Shown one piece after another: positions 23,740-35,085 of a stretch of DNA of 36,200 nt. Each line of letters begins with the position of its first letter. Within the stretch, counting starts at the first letter, position 1. The position numbers were made by a program, and so were the translations under genes. The notes under the pieces are model-generated. The model saw nothing but the letters and a program-made list of their open reading frames with translations. It was not told the origin of the DNA and searched no databases. The stretch is from Trypethelium eluteriae (taxonomy: Eukaryota): contig JAVECL010000206.1 of the NCBI GenBank assembly GCA_051942245.1, positions 1 through 36,200 of the forward strand, read 5' to 3'.

Positions 23740-24650
23740 TCAATCCATGAGAGTATGAGCTTGATCAGGTAGTTCTTGTATATCTGTCGCTGGCAGTTCT
23801 GCAGATGGCTCGGGATCTCCATACTTTGGGAGTTTCGCATCTTTCGTAGTTTGGACTCCGACAGGTTTCTGTGACTCGCCAGAAGTGGGCGGGCTGTCCT
23901 TGCTGATGTGACCTTGATTTGGAGGCTTCTTTTTAATGAACGAGAACAAGATTAATCCTATCAAGATGGCTGAAAAAACACCAGATGCAACTCCGACTCC
24001 AATACCAGCCTTAGCGCCCTTCGAGATTGAGTTCCTGTTGGGCTTTTGCATGATGAACGAAGGCGTGGAAAGTGGGGAGACGGATATTGAATACGACGTG
24101 AATGGGCCAACGCTAGTGGAAGTTGAGCTAGTACTGGTAGATGAAGAAGTATTAGTGGTGTTTGCAAAGCCAATCACTTCGCCATTTGTCGCATCAAGAA
24201 GTGCACCCTTCTTGTCAACGCAGCAGGATGGATCGTTATCGCAGCAGTAACTACCATCACCACAAATATTGATACGCGGCAAGAAGCCAGTTGTCGTTTC
24301 TGAGAGATACAGGTCAGCTTGTAAGCAAAGAGGATATGTAGATGGTATGATATACGGTAGAGACATATCTGGGCACAGGTAGCTAAAGTCCAGGGATTAT
24401 TTGCACAAGATGCTCGCACGAGAATAGCTGAATTATCGTTGGAAAAGCAGAGACGCGTTGGCGTACATTGTCCAGCAGTCTGACAGCAAGAATCCGAGCT
24501 AGGACATTTTGTATTGTTCGTGTAAGTACGACCTTGGTTAAACGGAAGTCTACTGAAGAATAAAGCCGTTAATCTTACCGAATTTCTTGCGCCGGAGGCA
24601 TAGATGATGATGCCCAATGGATCAAAGGCGCAACGAAACAAGATCTAAGC
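23740..24650 (-). CDS. Cys-rich ectodomain, Ser/Thr linker, single-TM (Mid2/SKG6-like) membrane protein; 5' end looks degenerate
   Basis: C....SCC....QC....LC..........RASC...PW....CAQIC, then intron 24355-24300, ICGDGSYCC....SCC, an S/T tract, ISKGAKAGIGVGV TM helix, KKK stop-transfer and an AELP motif. No clean ATG or signal peptide; ACC-ATA near 24655 may be a mutated start. Confidence 0.68.
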
Positions 24651-25666
24651 TGTATGGTCGGTGGACCTACTCGTGATCTTGATGAAGATATCCTATCCGT
24701 CCTGCAGCAAAGTATTGAACCGGCAAGGAAGGCAGATAATCGCTTCAGAAACATTCTCGGATTATCTGGGTTGAGCTAGCAAGGTTGATTAAGCATGTAA
24801 AATAGTGCATTGTGACGTTTATACTCGGGGTGCTTGGCGCGTTCGAGTCCAGATTCGCAAATTGTGGCCTTCATTTTCATTATAAGGTCAGAGAATCCTG
24901 TTTTGCTATATAATAGCCCTCAAGATAATGCTTCATAATATCGTTTTTTCAATTGCAGCTTGGACATGTCGCGCGACGGCTATGGCATATTCTACCGGCA
25001 ATACAACCAGCGTTGGTCGAGAAAAGTCCAAACCGTAGGTAGCGAAATACTTTCATGCTAAGGTACACCATCTTCACTGTGTGGTTTCATGTGGCAACTG
25101 AGAAGTGTGACCTGTATGTTAATGTAACTTCTCACTCTTTGTCGCGGGTCTAGCTCGTATTCACCAATGTCTTGCCTCAATAATACGGTCTCCTAGGCTA
25201 TTAAAAGGCATCAATGTAATTCTGTTTATAGTCGGACTTAGGAATGAAGTATGACCCCGCAGATTTTCCATTTCAAGAGGTGGTTCCATGGTGCTACCCA
25301 GGTTCTTCAAGGAACTGAGCTACATGCAAGACACATGAGCCTTTGCATGCCGACAGTCATAGAAGTTGAGAGCACAAAAGGTATTGCTTTGTGGTTTGCT
25401 GAAGCACCAAATTTTTTGCGGGAATGAGTGTGGACAGGTACAACTTCTTATTACATTCGATGTGTAAGGCGAAATGAAATGTATGATGTCAGTGCATAGG
25501 ACTCTTCAACACACCCGCCTCAACAGAATTTAATCGGAGAATTGGAAATGATGATAGAAAACCGTGTGAATTCTACCCTTCATACTCAATGAACACCTAG
25601 AACAAGACTCGGACATGACAGAAACTGACGCAGATACCATTGCTTGTTCCTGGAGCTTTATGAGCT

Positions 25667-26502
25667 TTACCGTGCCAAAATTGATGGAGGAGCTATATTC
25701 TTCAAAGTGACAGGCACGCTATTCGATTCGACTATATTGTTAGTGTTCCACTTCAATACGTAAGTGCCATCAGTATCTGTTGGTGAGGCATAGAACTGTG
25801 CTTGGATGGGACCCGACGAGTTCTTGAAGTAGAGTGCACTTCCGAAAATGGTGAAATCTGTCTCGGTGGTCGAGTTCGTCGTATTATCTAGAGTTATGAA
25901 TCCTGCAGGCTCGACAGCATTTGGAGCCGCATTGATGAAAAGTGATGGCGGAGTAAGAATAGTAGTATTGCTGTTCAAGGGATCCGCAATCACGCTCATG
26001 TTCGAGCTGGAGGGGTGCAGGACTAAAACACGCAGTCGGTCAGTACCATTGTTAGGAAATGATCAGCGACACGACGCGACTCAAAATCTCTCCGGACGTC
26101 ATTGGTTCTTTTGTCACTCTGGTATTAGGAGGCTTTCTTTATTATCGATTCACAACTTCGGCCTTTCGAGGTTCATATGGATGACGGGAGATACATAAGG
26201 TAGGGGTGACCATATCGAGCGACAGTAACCGCGGTGCTACTTACATGTCACATTCATCGCTAGAGAGACATTGCTGGGGGCATTTTTGCCTAGATACGCA
26301 ATGCCTGTACCACAGATTAGCGACCGTTGTGATAAGCTACTTCCTTATTCTTACCGTCTCCATAAAACAACGGAAGCCCTCCAATATTTGTCCCATAGCC
26401 GTAGAGACGACCTATAGTGAGCGCGTCTCGCTGTTCGATTTTTGAAGCACCAACTGCAAGAGCAGCAATGAAGCTAAGTAGAATAACGAACGAACGCATC
26501 AT
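25667..26502 (-). CDS. Small secreted protein, 3 exons
   Basis: MMRSFVILLSFIAALAVG signal peptide, then LYGYGTNIGGLPLFYGDG / IAYLGKNAPSNVSLAMNVTF / LHPSSSNMSVIADP...FYASPTDTDGTYVLKWN...PVTLKNIAPP. Both introns are canonical (the second is 26244-26023, 222 bp) and the frame is intact. Confidence 0.85.
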
Positions 26503-28208
26503 GGTCGTATCAAATTCGGCCTGAGTGAGTAGATTTGAGATGAGAGAGAGACTGGGTAGAGAAATCAAACGACAGAGGGCAGACAGGCATTTTATGCGAG
26601 TGTTTAGTCTCAGCGCTGCAGGACGTACATGTAAACGGGTGATAATGATAACGCGTCATGACATTCGTAGGTAGCATCCCACCTATCCTGGGATAAAGCT
26701 TGAGTTCACAGCCTTGAAATGCGTGCTCAGCGTGGCTGCAGTCGGACGCGGCTAGTTTTGGGGGCTTAGACCACTTTTTGCTTTGAATGGAGAGGAGTTC
26801 ATTAGCAACGATCGAGGATATCGGATATGTGGACGTGCCGGGTGCCGGATGACCAGAGCGACAGTTAGGTAGGGCTGGGGTTTCAGGAAACTTCCGGCCA
26901 TTCAGGGGTGCGTGCGTGCGTCGCGGCGTCTTCCCTCGCACCTCGTCACACAACAACACAACACCACACCAATACTACTCCGTGCAGTGCCCCTTGTCGC
27001 ACACTGCTGCATCGCGCCTCGGTCACGCGGCATTCCGCAGCGCTGGGTTCCGGCCTGTATCAGCGAGGAAGTTTTCTACCGTTTGAACGGCACTCCTTGT
27101 CCCTGTCACTGGAGCTTGCGTAGACGGTTGGCCCTCGCTTCTTCGGCAGTTAGGGGCCATCGACATGTATCCCATCTTGAGCCTTTCTCTGCCGAAGACG
27201 GAGCCCTCATCGCCCATATTAGGACTAGATCTGATTGCAGCTAATCACTATTTTCTTTCCGTTTTCGTGCAGATCCGCCTGGATCCATCTCTTCATGGTC
27301 AAGCCACGAAGCCCAAGACTCCGCTGGACTCCGGTGTGATGGACTCCAGCATGGTTTAGGTGGTTTATTCCGTACACAAACCCAAAAACTTGGATTCTGC
27401 TAACTTTAAGCTGGCTCTAACGGCTTTCTTTACCACATAAGCGAAATCAACCTTACGAGTCCTCGTTCGTCAGCGTTTAGTCTGCGCCGCACGCTCTGTG
27501 AACTCCACATCACCCTCAAAACGATATCTCGGCCTTAGAATCGAAAACCAAGAACGTGGAAACTCGAGCCGTATATCATGCTCACATCTTACGTGAACAT
27601 GAACCCCAGTACGGAAGTTATGTACACGCTTCCCTGGAATGCACGAATCATTGGAACGCGAGTCATCTGTTTCACGTTTGCTTGTCTGGTGTGAACGTTC
27701 TTTTTCCGGCGGTAACGTCGAAATTTTATGTGGGCCTTAGAATAGCACTTCAAACCTTCAATGAACGATTTTCGCTCTAGCAGTATCGTCAGAGCTTGCG
27801 CGTTCTTCTCTAAGTTTTCCGCTTGGAGCAAGATATGCGCTTTTGATACCCTTTACGGGAGCTGAGCCAGTCTCCGGAGATCCTACAGGTACCCATCTCG
27901 AATCTTGACTCGGCACGCCTTTCTTCCCGAAAATGCATACTGTAGCAATATTGACATGCACGTTCTGGGGTTGGAAGTGTAAGTACGACGACTTCGTGGC
28001 TGTTACTTTGACTTGCTTTTCGATCTTTCGAGCTCAGGGCTCCCCAGTGGCCTCTTACGAAGACATCCCACATAGCCTACCGCTATCTCGGTCTCTGTAT
28101 CTCTATAAGTTGTCTTATTCTGCTTTCACGCTTGCATTCCCATTATTCGCCATTCTTCTCTAAAGTATCCATTCATTTTTCTATTGGTAGTACAATCGAG
28201 AATTCATA

Positions 28209-30393
28209 ATGAAGGCCACGGTCTTCACTTTTTCCACGCTCTTTTCTGCGGCTTTTGCCGTTCCAGCGGCATCGAAATCTCAATTAGCTCCTCGAGCTGC
28301 CTGTAGCGGTAACTCTGCTACTGATCGCTCTGTCTGGTGTGATTACGACACAAGTACAAACTACTATGAAGAAGTTCCAGATACTGGCGTAACCAGAGAG
28401 TATTACTTTGAACTTACGAATACGACGCTGGCCCCTGATGGTGTCTCTCGCAATGTGCTCAGTGAGTCTATCCAGTATCTTCGCTTAGTAAATACACGTG
28501 CTGACAATCTACAGCTGTCAATGGAAGTATTCCTGGTCCAACAATTGAAGCAGACTGGCAAGTTCCCTAGACTCTTTGTGTGGGCCCCGCTAACATATCT
28601 TAAGGGGGGATACTGTCGTTGTTCACGTAACTAATAGTCTTTCGACCAACGGCACTAGCATTCAGTAAATCCCTCTGTCGAGGACCAATGGGCTCTCAGC
28701 TGACGTCTTGACCTTCTTAGTTTCCACGGAATTCGACAAAACTATACGAATCCGGCAGATGGCGTCAATTCAATAACACAATGCCCTGTGGCGCCTGGTG
28801 CCGCCATGACATACGTAAGACACCTTTGCCTGCTATCACCTCTGTTTACTGACGGAGTGAATAGACTTGGAGAGCCACCCAATACGGCTCTAGGTATGTA
28901 AAGTCTCATATTCTAAGCAAGCGTAGTAGCTGATATGTCGTAGCTGGTATCATTCTCATTACAGTCTTCAGGCATGGGAAGGCGTCTATGGTGGTATCGT
29001 CATTCACGGACCAGCGACCGCCAATTACGACGTAGACCTTGGGTCTTTGTTCCTCAGTGACTGGGATCATGAGACTGCAGACGCCCTCTACACGACCGCA
29101 GAGACTAGTGGTCCGCCAACTCTGGATACAGGCCTTATAAACGGCACTAATGTCTGGGAAAACACGACCGGCACCAGATTCTCAACTACCTTTACGTCTG
29201 GGACTTCGTACTTGTTTCGACTTGTGAATCCATCTATTGATTCACACTTTGACTTCAGCATTGACAATCATACTTTACAAGTTATCGCTATGGACTTCGT
29301 TCCTATTGTACCGTACGAGACGACAGTGCTTGCTATTGGTATCGTTGAATGAATCGCTCTAGCTTCGACCACCTGCTTACTTCTATAGGTATGGGTCAGA
29401 GATATGACATCATTGTGACCGCCAATGAAAGTGCTGTTGCCTCCGATTTCTGGATGCGAGCTATCCCAGACTCATTTTGCAGCAACAACGAAAATCCAGA
29501 CAACATTCTTGGTCCGCCGTACCTGTCCACTCTGTTTTTCTCAGTAGTACTGACCCCGGTTAGGCATTGTCCACTACGGGAGCAGCACCGGTACGCCAAC
29601 CACAACAGCTTGGGATCAGAGTATCCGTGTCGGTGCTTGCGAAGATGAGCCCGCAGCGTCTCTTGTCCCTTATCTCTCTTTAGATGCCGGCTCGAGTTCT
29701 TACAGTCCCGATCTCCCAGTAACCGTCGCGTTGGATGACGATCTCACCGATCTCACGGTTTTGAAATGGTACATCGGCAGTGAGACCATGCAAGTTGACT
29801 ACGACGACCCTACGGTCCTTCAAGTCATCAATGGTAACACCACCTTTGCCAGCTCAAGTAATGTCTATGAACTCAACACTGCCAATGAATGGGTATATAC
29901 CATCATCGAAACCGTGGACGCTGTTCCCCACCCAATTCATCTTCACGGTCAGTCCCTCTCAACCCCTCCCTCCTTCTCCAAGTCCTTTGAAGGCGGAAGA
30001 CAGCCTTTCCCAGAGGCGCATGCTGACATTTGAATCTCTATAGGTCATGACTTTTATCAGCTTGCTTCTGGTAGTGGAACGTACGCGTCTGCCGATCCAA
30101 CACTAAATACTGCCAACCCACCACGTCGAGACGTAGCAATGTTGCCCGCATCTGGCTATGTTGTCCTTGCCTGGCAGGCAGACAACCCTGGCGCTTGGCT
30201 CATGCACTGTCACATTGGGTGGCATATAAGCATGGGTCTCGATCTGCAGTGGGTCGAGCGTAGGACAGAGATTGCCTCATTATACAGCAATGGGAATACA
30301 ACAAGCGGAACTACAGGCTTATCAGACGTCTGCTCGACGTGGGATACGTGGCAGACTAGCGATGGGCTGGTCGAATATGACTCTGGTGTCTAG
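28209..30393 (+). CDS. Laccase / multicopper oxidase (AA1, ascomycete laccase type), 9 exons, intact
   Basis: Signal peptide; all four copper motifs (HFHG, WYHSH, HPIHLHGH, HCHIGWH with axial Leu); C-terminal DSGV. Introns 28462-28514, 28558-28604 (GC-AG), 28665-28720, 28815-28864, 28894-28943, 29339-29388, 29512-29563 and 29948-30043 all keep the frame. Confidence 0.96.
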
Positions 30394-33196
30394 GATTTTG
30401 GCAGCAATTAGTTGCCATTGCGGTAATCTTCGAGACTTCCGGTCTTTTCGCTTCATAGATAATTCCCTTTTCGTTGGTGGTGACACCTCGCACGTCGCAA
30501 TGCGGAGCGCAGCGGCAATGCGCCGCTGAAGCCAGCCTCCTCATCTCATTTCTATAGACGCTCACTTGTCTAGTCTCTTGAATAATCTTTCTCGAGTGTG
30601 TGAATTGAACACAACACAATGAGTCCGAACAGTCTTTCACACTGCACTCACTAATATTGATTTTCTTCATGTGGAAATATGGCATTATCCCTAAGCGAAG
30701 CATTTGTCAGCATCCTGTCTGTAACATCGTAAAGGCTTTCTCGTAGCACTGCTAGCTCTACATTCGTGCTTGTGGATCTACAACATGCACTCTACAATTC
30801 GGTTGAGATGGCAGTCTGTTCTGCCTAAATTCGAGTAACATTCCAAAATAGGTACGTAAATCAATCAGTCTGCTTTTCGAATCACGGGCGATATCTGTAC
30901 GGCGTCTCGGCATCCAAACACTGGCCAATTAGACGAGAAAAGATCCTAAGCAAGGACCGATGAGTCTGCGGGAAGACGATGAGGATGATTCCGGATCTGC
31001 AAGGTTGGAAAATGAGCCCTGCAGAGAATGTGCATCGCGAAGCTTTCTGACGCGTCACACATCTGGAATACTAGCGTATCTATCAGAAGTCTCCTGCCTT
31101 GAACTGGCCGGCACTTTTGGGATCAGGTGGTGACCCAATTCTCTGTCACAGGTGTGCCGCACCACAACTGAAAGGAGTGGATCGCGAGGCGAAGCCGCGA
31201 AAGGGCAATTTTTCTGGTCGCTTTTTTCACTAGGCTCCGGATCTACAGGTCCGATGAGTGAAGGAAAGGGCATGATGAGCGCCGCATCCACACGATGTTG
31301 CTGGCAAATCAGAACTATTAATCACAAACCAAACGCAGCAAGTCACATTACTAAAATCCCAAAGTAAGAAGAGGCAGGTCCATATTCATAGTCCCACTTC
31401 CACTTCAAATTTTGCAATAGGCGCCTGCTTACTGCAATGGGTAGATAAGAAGTAGAGACTGATAGGATACTACTTAAGAAAAATGACTCCTGCTGAACTA
31501 AATTATGACATTTATGACAAGGAATTGCTAACAATAATAGCAGCAATGGAGCACTAGAGAGCGTACATAAAAGGAACACCTAAACTGGACATTTATACTG
31601 ACCACAAAAATCTGTTAATATTTACAACAATAAAACAGTTAAATTAAAGACAAGTTAAATGGGCAGAACTCCTTAGACAATACAAATTTATTATATATTA
31701 CGCACCAAGAAAAAAAAATAGAAAAGCAGACGCTTTAAGTTGATGAGAAGACTATTAAGGGAATGAAAAAGTATACCAAGCAGTGTTCAAGGAAAAGGAC
31801 AACAGCACTCTTAAAAGCACTCCCCAAGAGTTTGGATTAATTCTTAATATCTTAGAAGACAAGGATAAACAGTTCCCCATTGTCACTTAAAAACTATAAA
31901 TTCTGAATAATAAAGTTGACCATTACATTTAAAGATATTATAATAAACCGCAATATGGACATCCTAGAGTTGCACAGACACTCAGGAATATATCTCAAAA
32001 CTGCATTTTTAATAATATAAAGCAAAAAGTCCAGAACTATGTGGCAAAGTATAATTACTGTAAGAGAAATAAGCACAGTACCCAAAGAAGAAAAGGCACC
32101 ATCCAACCAATTTAAGCACTAATAAGGCCTTGGGAGCAGATCACAATGGACTTTATTACAGACTTACCTGCGTTAAAGCACCTAGTAACCAGAGAAGTCT
32201 ATACAGCAATCTATGTGATAGTATGCAGATTAATAAAGTATATAATACTAATTCTATTTAACAAAAAGTATGGGATAGAGGAAACAGCATGGATACTCTT
32301 TAAAAGAGTAATATCATACTTTAGATTACCTATCTTAATAATAGTAGACTGAGATAGAAGGTTTACAGCCAAATTCTTCCAAACATTAATAGCAAACCTA
32401 GGGACTAAAACCAAGTTATCAATGGCGTATCACAAGGAAACTAATAAACAAACTAAATAGATAAACCAATTACTAGAACAATTCTTAAGACACTACATTA
32501 ACAACCTATAAGATAATTGGGTATTATTATTACCTATGGCACAGTTATGTATTAACACCAGAGAATCCAGTACAACCAAGTTCGCACTTATCCAAGGACT
32601 GACAGGATATATACCACCACCAATTTAACTAATACCTATTAAAGTAACATTAGTACTAAGAGAAGATTATGGAAAAATAATAAAGATAATACACAATAAA
32701 ATAGCTAAGAATATTAATAAAAGAAATAAGAGTTTAATTTAAAGTAACAAAAAAGTAAACAAACCTTAATTAAAGAAGGGGGATAAAGTATATTTACTTA
32801 TAAGAAATTTGAAAATAAAAAGACCTTATAAGAAGCTTAATGCGGTAAAGGTCGGTCTATCTATTATTAAAGAAAAAAAAAATAAAGTTAATTATAAGTT
32901 AAATCTTCTGCAGGATACTTAAGTCCACCCAGTGTTTTATTTATCTTTATTAAAATTAGCGGATAAAAGCATACTATATGCAGAAACATTCAGCTATAAG
33001 TTAGAAGAGGAACATAAATTTAAAGTAAAAAAGATCCTGCAAGAAAAAAATAAAAAATACTTAATAAAATGGAAGGGATACCTAAATTTAGAAAACACTT
33101 AGGAAATAAGGATTACACTAACTAAGTGTGGAGAAAAAATATAATAATACCAAAACTTAAGGAGGAAAATGTACTGTTAAAAAGAATGCAATTAAG

Positions 33197-33676
33197 TTAA
33201 GAATTGGTGGGAAAGGAGGTCAATTCCTTTATTAATATATCCCACGCAATTCTGGGAATGGTATGGAAAGGGTTTTGCTTCTTAAGCAAAGCAACCTCCT
33301 TAGGTTTTCCTTCCTCAGACTTAAGATCCAGAATGTTTTAAGTCTTATTAAAAGCTAAAGACTGTTAGTGTTTATAAAGGAACTTTAATTATTTCTATAA
33401 ACAATTAGTTTTAGCTATGGATTCTATTATTTTGTCCCAGACCTGATTTATCTCACGGTTAATTTTATCAAAGTTAACCTTAGAAAAGGCCAGATTATAA
33501 GGACAGTTTCTCCTTACACACTCCAGACACCTTTAAGAGTTAGGACCAATGCGGCAGTCCAATTTTTAACACACGCAGTTGCGGCAAGGACGCATTATAA
33601 TAGGAGCCTTATGGAGTTTAGCAATAAGATGGTGACAACAAAGTGTGGAAGAAGCAGGAATGCGGGCGGAAGCCAT
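33197..33676 (-). pseudogene. Antisense accessory ORF of the retrotransposon: Zn(II)2Cys6-like cluster + probable coiled coil (RIP-inactivated)
   Basis: 160 codons from ATG to TAA with no frameshift: MASARIP...MRPCRNCVC*KLDCRIGPNS*RCLECVRRNCPYNLAFS... All six internal stops are TAA or TAG, consistent with RIP of CAA/CAG. Confidence 0.8.
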
Positions 33677-33757
33677 AACAGTTAAACACATTATCAGCTG
33701 CTATATGTACCCCACCAGAACAACTGTCAGGCTGACAGTTAAGAAGGGGAGAGGTAA

Positions 33758-34262
33758 TGTTACAACCCAGCCGCGTCAAGGCTGAACGCCATCTCCTTTA
33801 TACTTGCTGCAAGCGTTCTATAAACAGGTTGTAACAAGTAAAGGTCACATAACTAATTAGTAGTGATAAACCATAGATTAGGGTAGAGCAATCTAGGGTG
33901 ATTACCCACGGATCATAGGTTATCACACTAATCAGTAATAATTAACTCAAGATCAGTAGAGATCTGATCAGAAGGATAACAGCTGTGATCAAGGAAATCA
34001 CAAGTATATATATGCAGGAGGAAACCAGCTTAACTAACTTCCTCGCGTTTTATTACTTTACTGTATCATACCCAAACTGTATCTACAGTTAATTACAAGC
34101 TAAATTAAACAAGCCCTTATTTATTACTAAGTTGTTCAAAGCTTAGTGACCCTTCTTACATCATCGGATCCTTGACACTCCGCTCCTACGTGAAAAACCC
34201 TGAGACCCTTCTACGTACCTGCTACAAGCCGTGCTTGTACCAGGGGGTATAGGCTCATAACA
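33758..34262 (+). repeat. LTR copy 1 (505 bp)
   Basis: TGTTAC...ATAACA termini directly after the PPT, internal TATATATA, and colinear with 34591-35085. Confidence 0.93.
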
Positions 34263-35085
34263 TTTTGTCTTAAACCTGATTTATTTTATGGTTAATTTTA
34301 TTAAAGTTAACTTTAAAAAAGGCTAGATTATAAGGATAGTTCCTTTTTACACACTCTAGATACTTTTGGGAGTTAGGACTAATGCAGTAATCCAGTTTTT
34401 AACGCATGCAGTTGTGGCAAGGACGCATTATAATAAGAGCCTTACAAAGTTTAGTAATAAAATAGTAATAATAAAGTGTGGAAGAAGCAGGAATGCGGGC
34501 GGAAGCCATAATAATTAAACATATTATTAGCTGCTATATATACCACACTAGAATAATTGTTAGGCTGACAGTTAAGAAGGGGAGAGGTAATATTACAACC
34601 CAGCCGTGTTAAGGCTGAACGCCATCTCCTTTATACTTGCTGTAAGCATTCCATAGACAGGTCATAATAAGTAAAGGTTACATAATTAATTAGTAATAGT
34701 AAACCACAGATTAAGAAAGAATAATTTAGGGTAATCACCCATAAATCACAGGTTATTATACTAATCAGTAATAATTAACCCAAGATTAGTAAAGATCTAA
34801 TCAGAAGGATAACAGCTATAATCAAAAAGATCACAAGTATATATATGTAAAAGGAAACCAGCTTAACTAATTTCCTCGCGTTTTATTATTATACCAAAAC
34901 TGTACCTACAGTTAGTTATAAGCCAAATTGAACAAGTCCTTATTTATTACCAAGTTGTTCAAAGCTTAGTAACCCTTCTTACATTATTGGATCCTTGACA
35001 CTCCGCTCCTACGTGAAAAACTCCTGAGACCCTTCTACGTACCTGCTACAAGCCGTGCTTGTACCAGGGGTATAGGCTCATAACA
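34263..35085 (+). mobile_element. 3' remnant of a second copy of the same Gypsy family (internal 3' region, PPT, and LTR copy 2 at 34591-35085)
   Basis: 34263-34590 aligns to about 33430-33757 with mostly C/T and G/A differences. LTR2 has termini TATTAC...ATAACA. Confidence 0.92.

Larger units (their letters stand above)
31401..34262 (+). mobile_element. RIP-mutated, 5'-truncated Ty3/Gypsy chromovirus LTR retrotransposon (RNase H, integrase, chromodomain, PPT, 3' LTR)
   Basis: SNFAIGACL..AELNYDIYDKELL..YTDHKNL (RNase H), GHP and PWEQITMDFITDLP (integrase), VHPVF, YLIKWKGY (chromodomain). PPT AAGAAGGGGAGAGG at 33741-33754. AT/TpA-rich with many TAA/TAG stops. Confidence 0.95.

Noticed and set aside
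26503..28208. Short ORFs and metal- or xenobiotic-response elements in the laccase upstream region
   Set aside because: The ORFs lack motifs or splice support, and I found no convincing MRE or XRE consensus cluster by eye.
19180..30393. Secondary-metabolite cluster (NRPS-like gene + laccase)
   Set aside because: The NRPS-like gene is a truncated relic 7 kb from the laccase, with no tailoring, transporter or regulator genes between them.
30510..30528. GC-rich hairpin CAGCGGC-AATGC-GCCGCTG downstream of the laccase
   Set aside because: A 7-bp stem is expected by chance, and intrinsic terminators do not apply to a eukaryotic Pol II gene.
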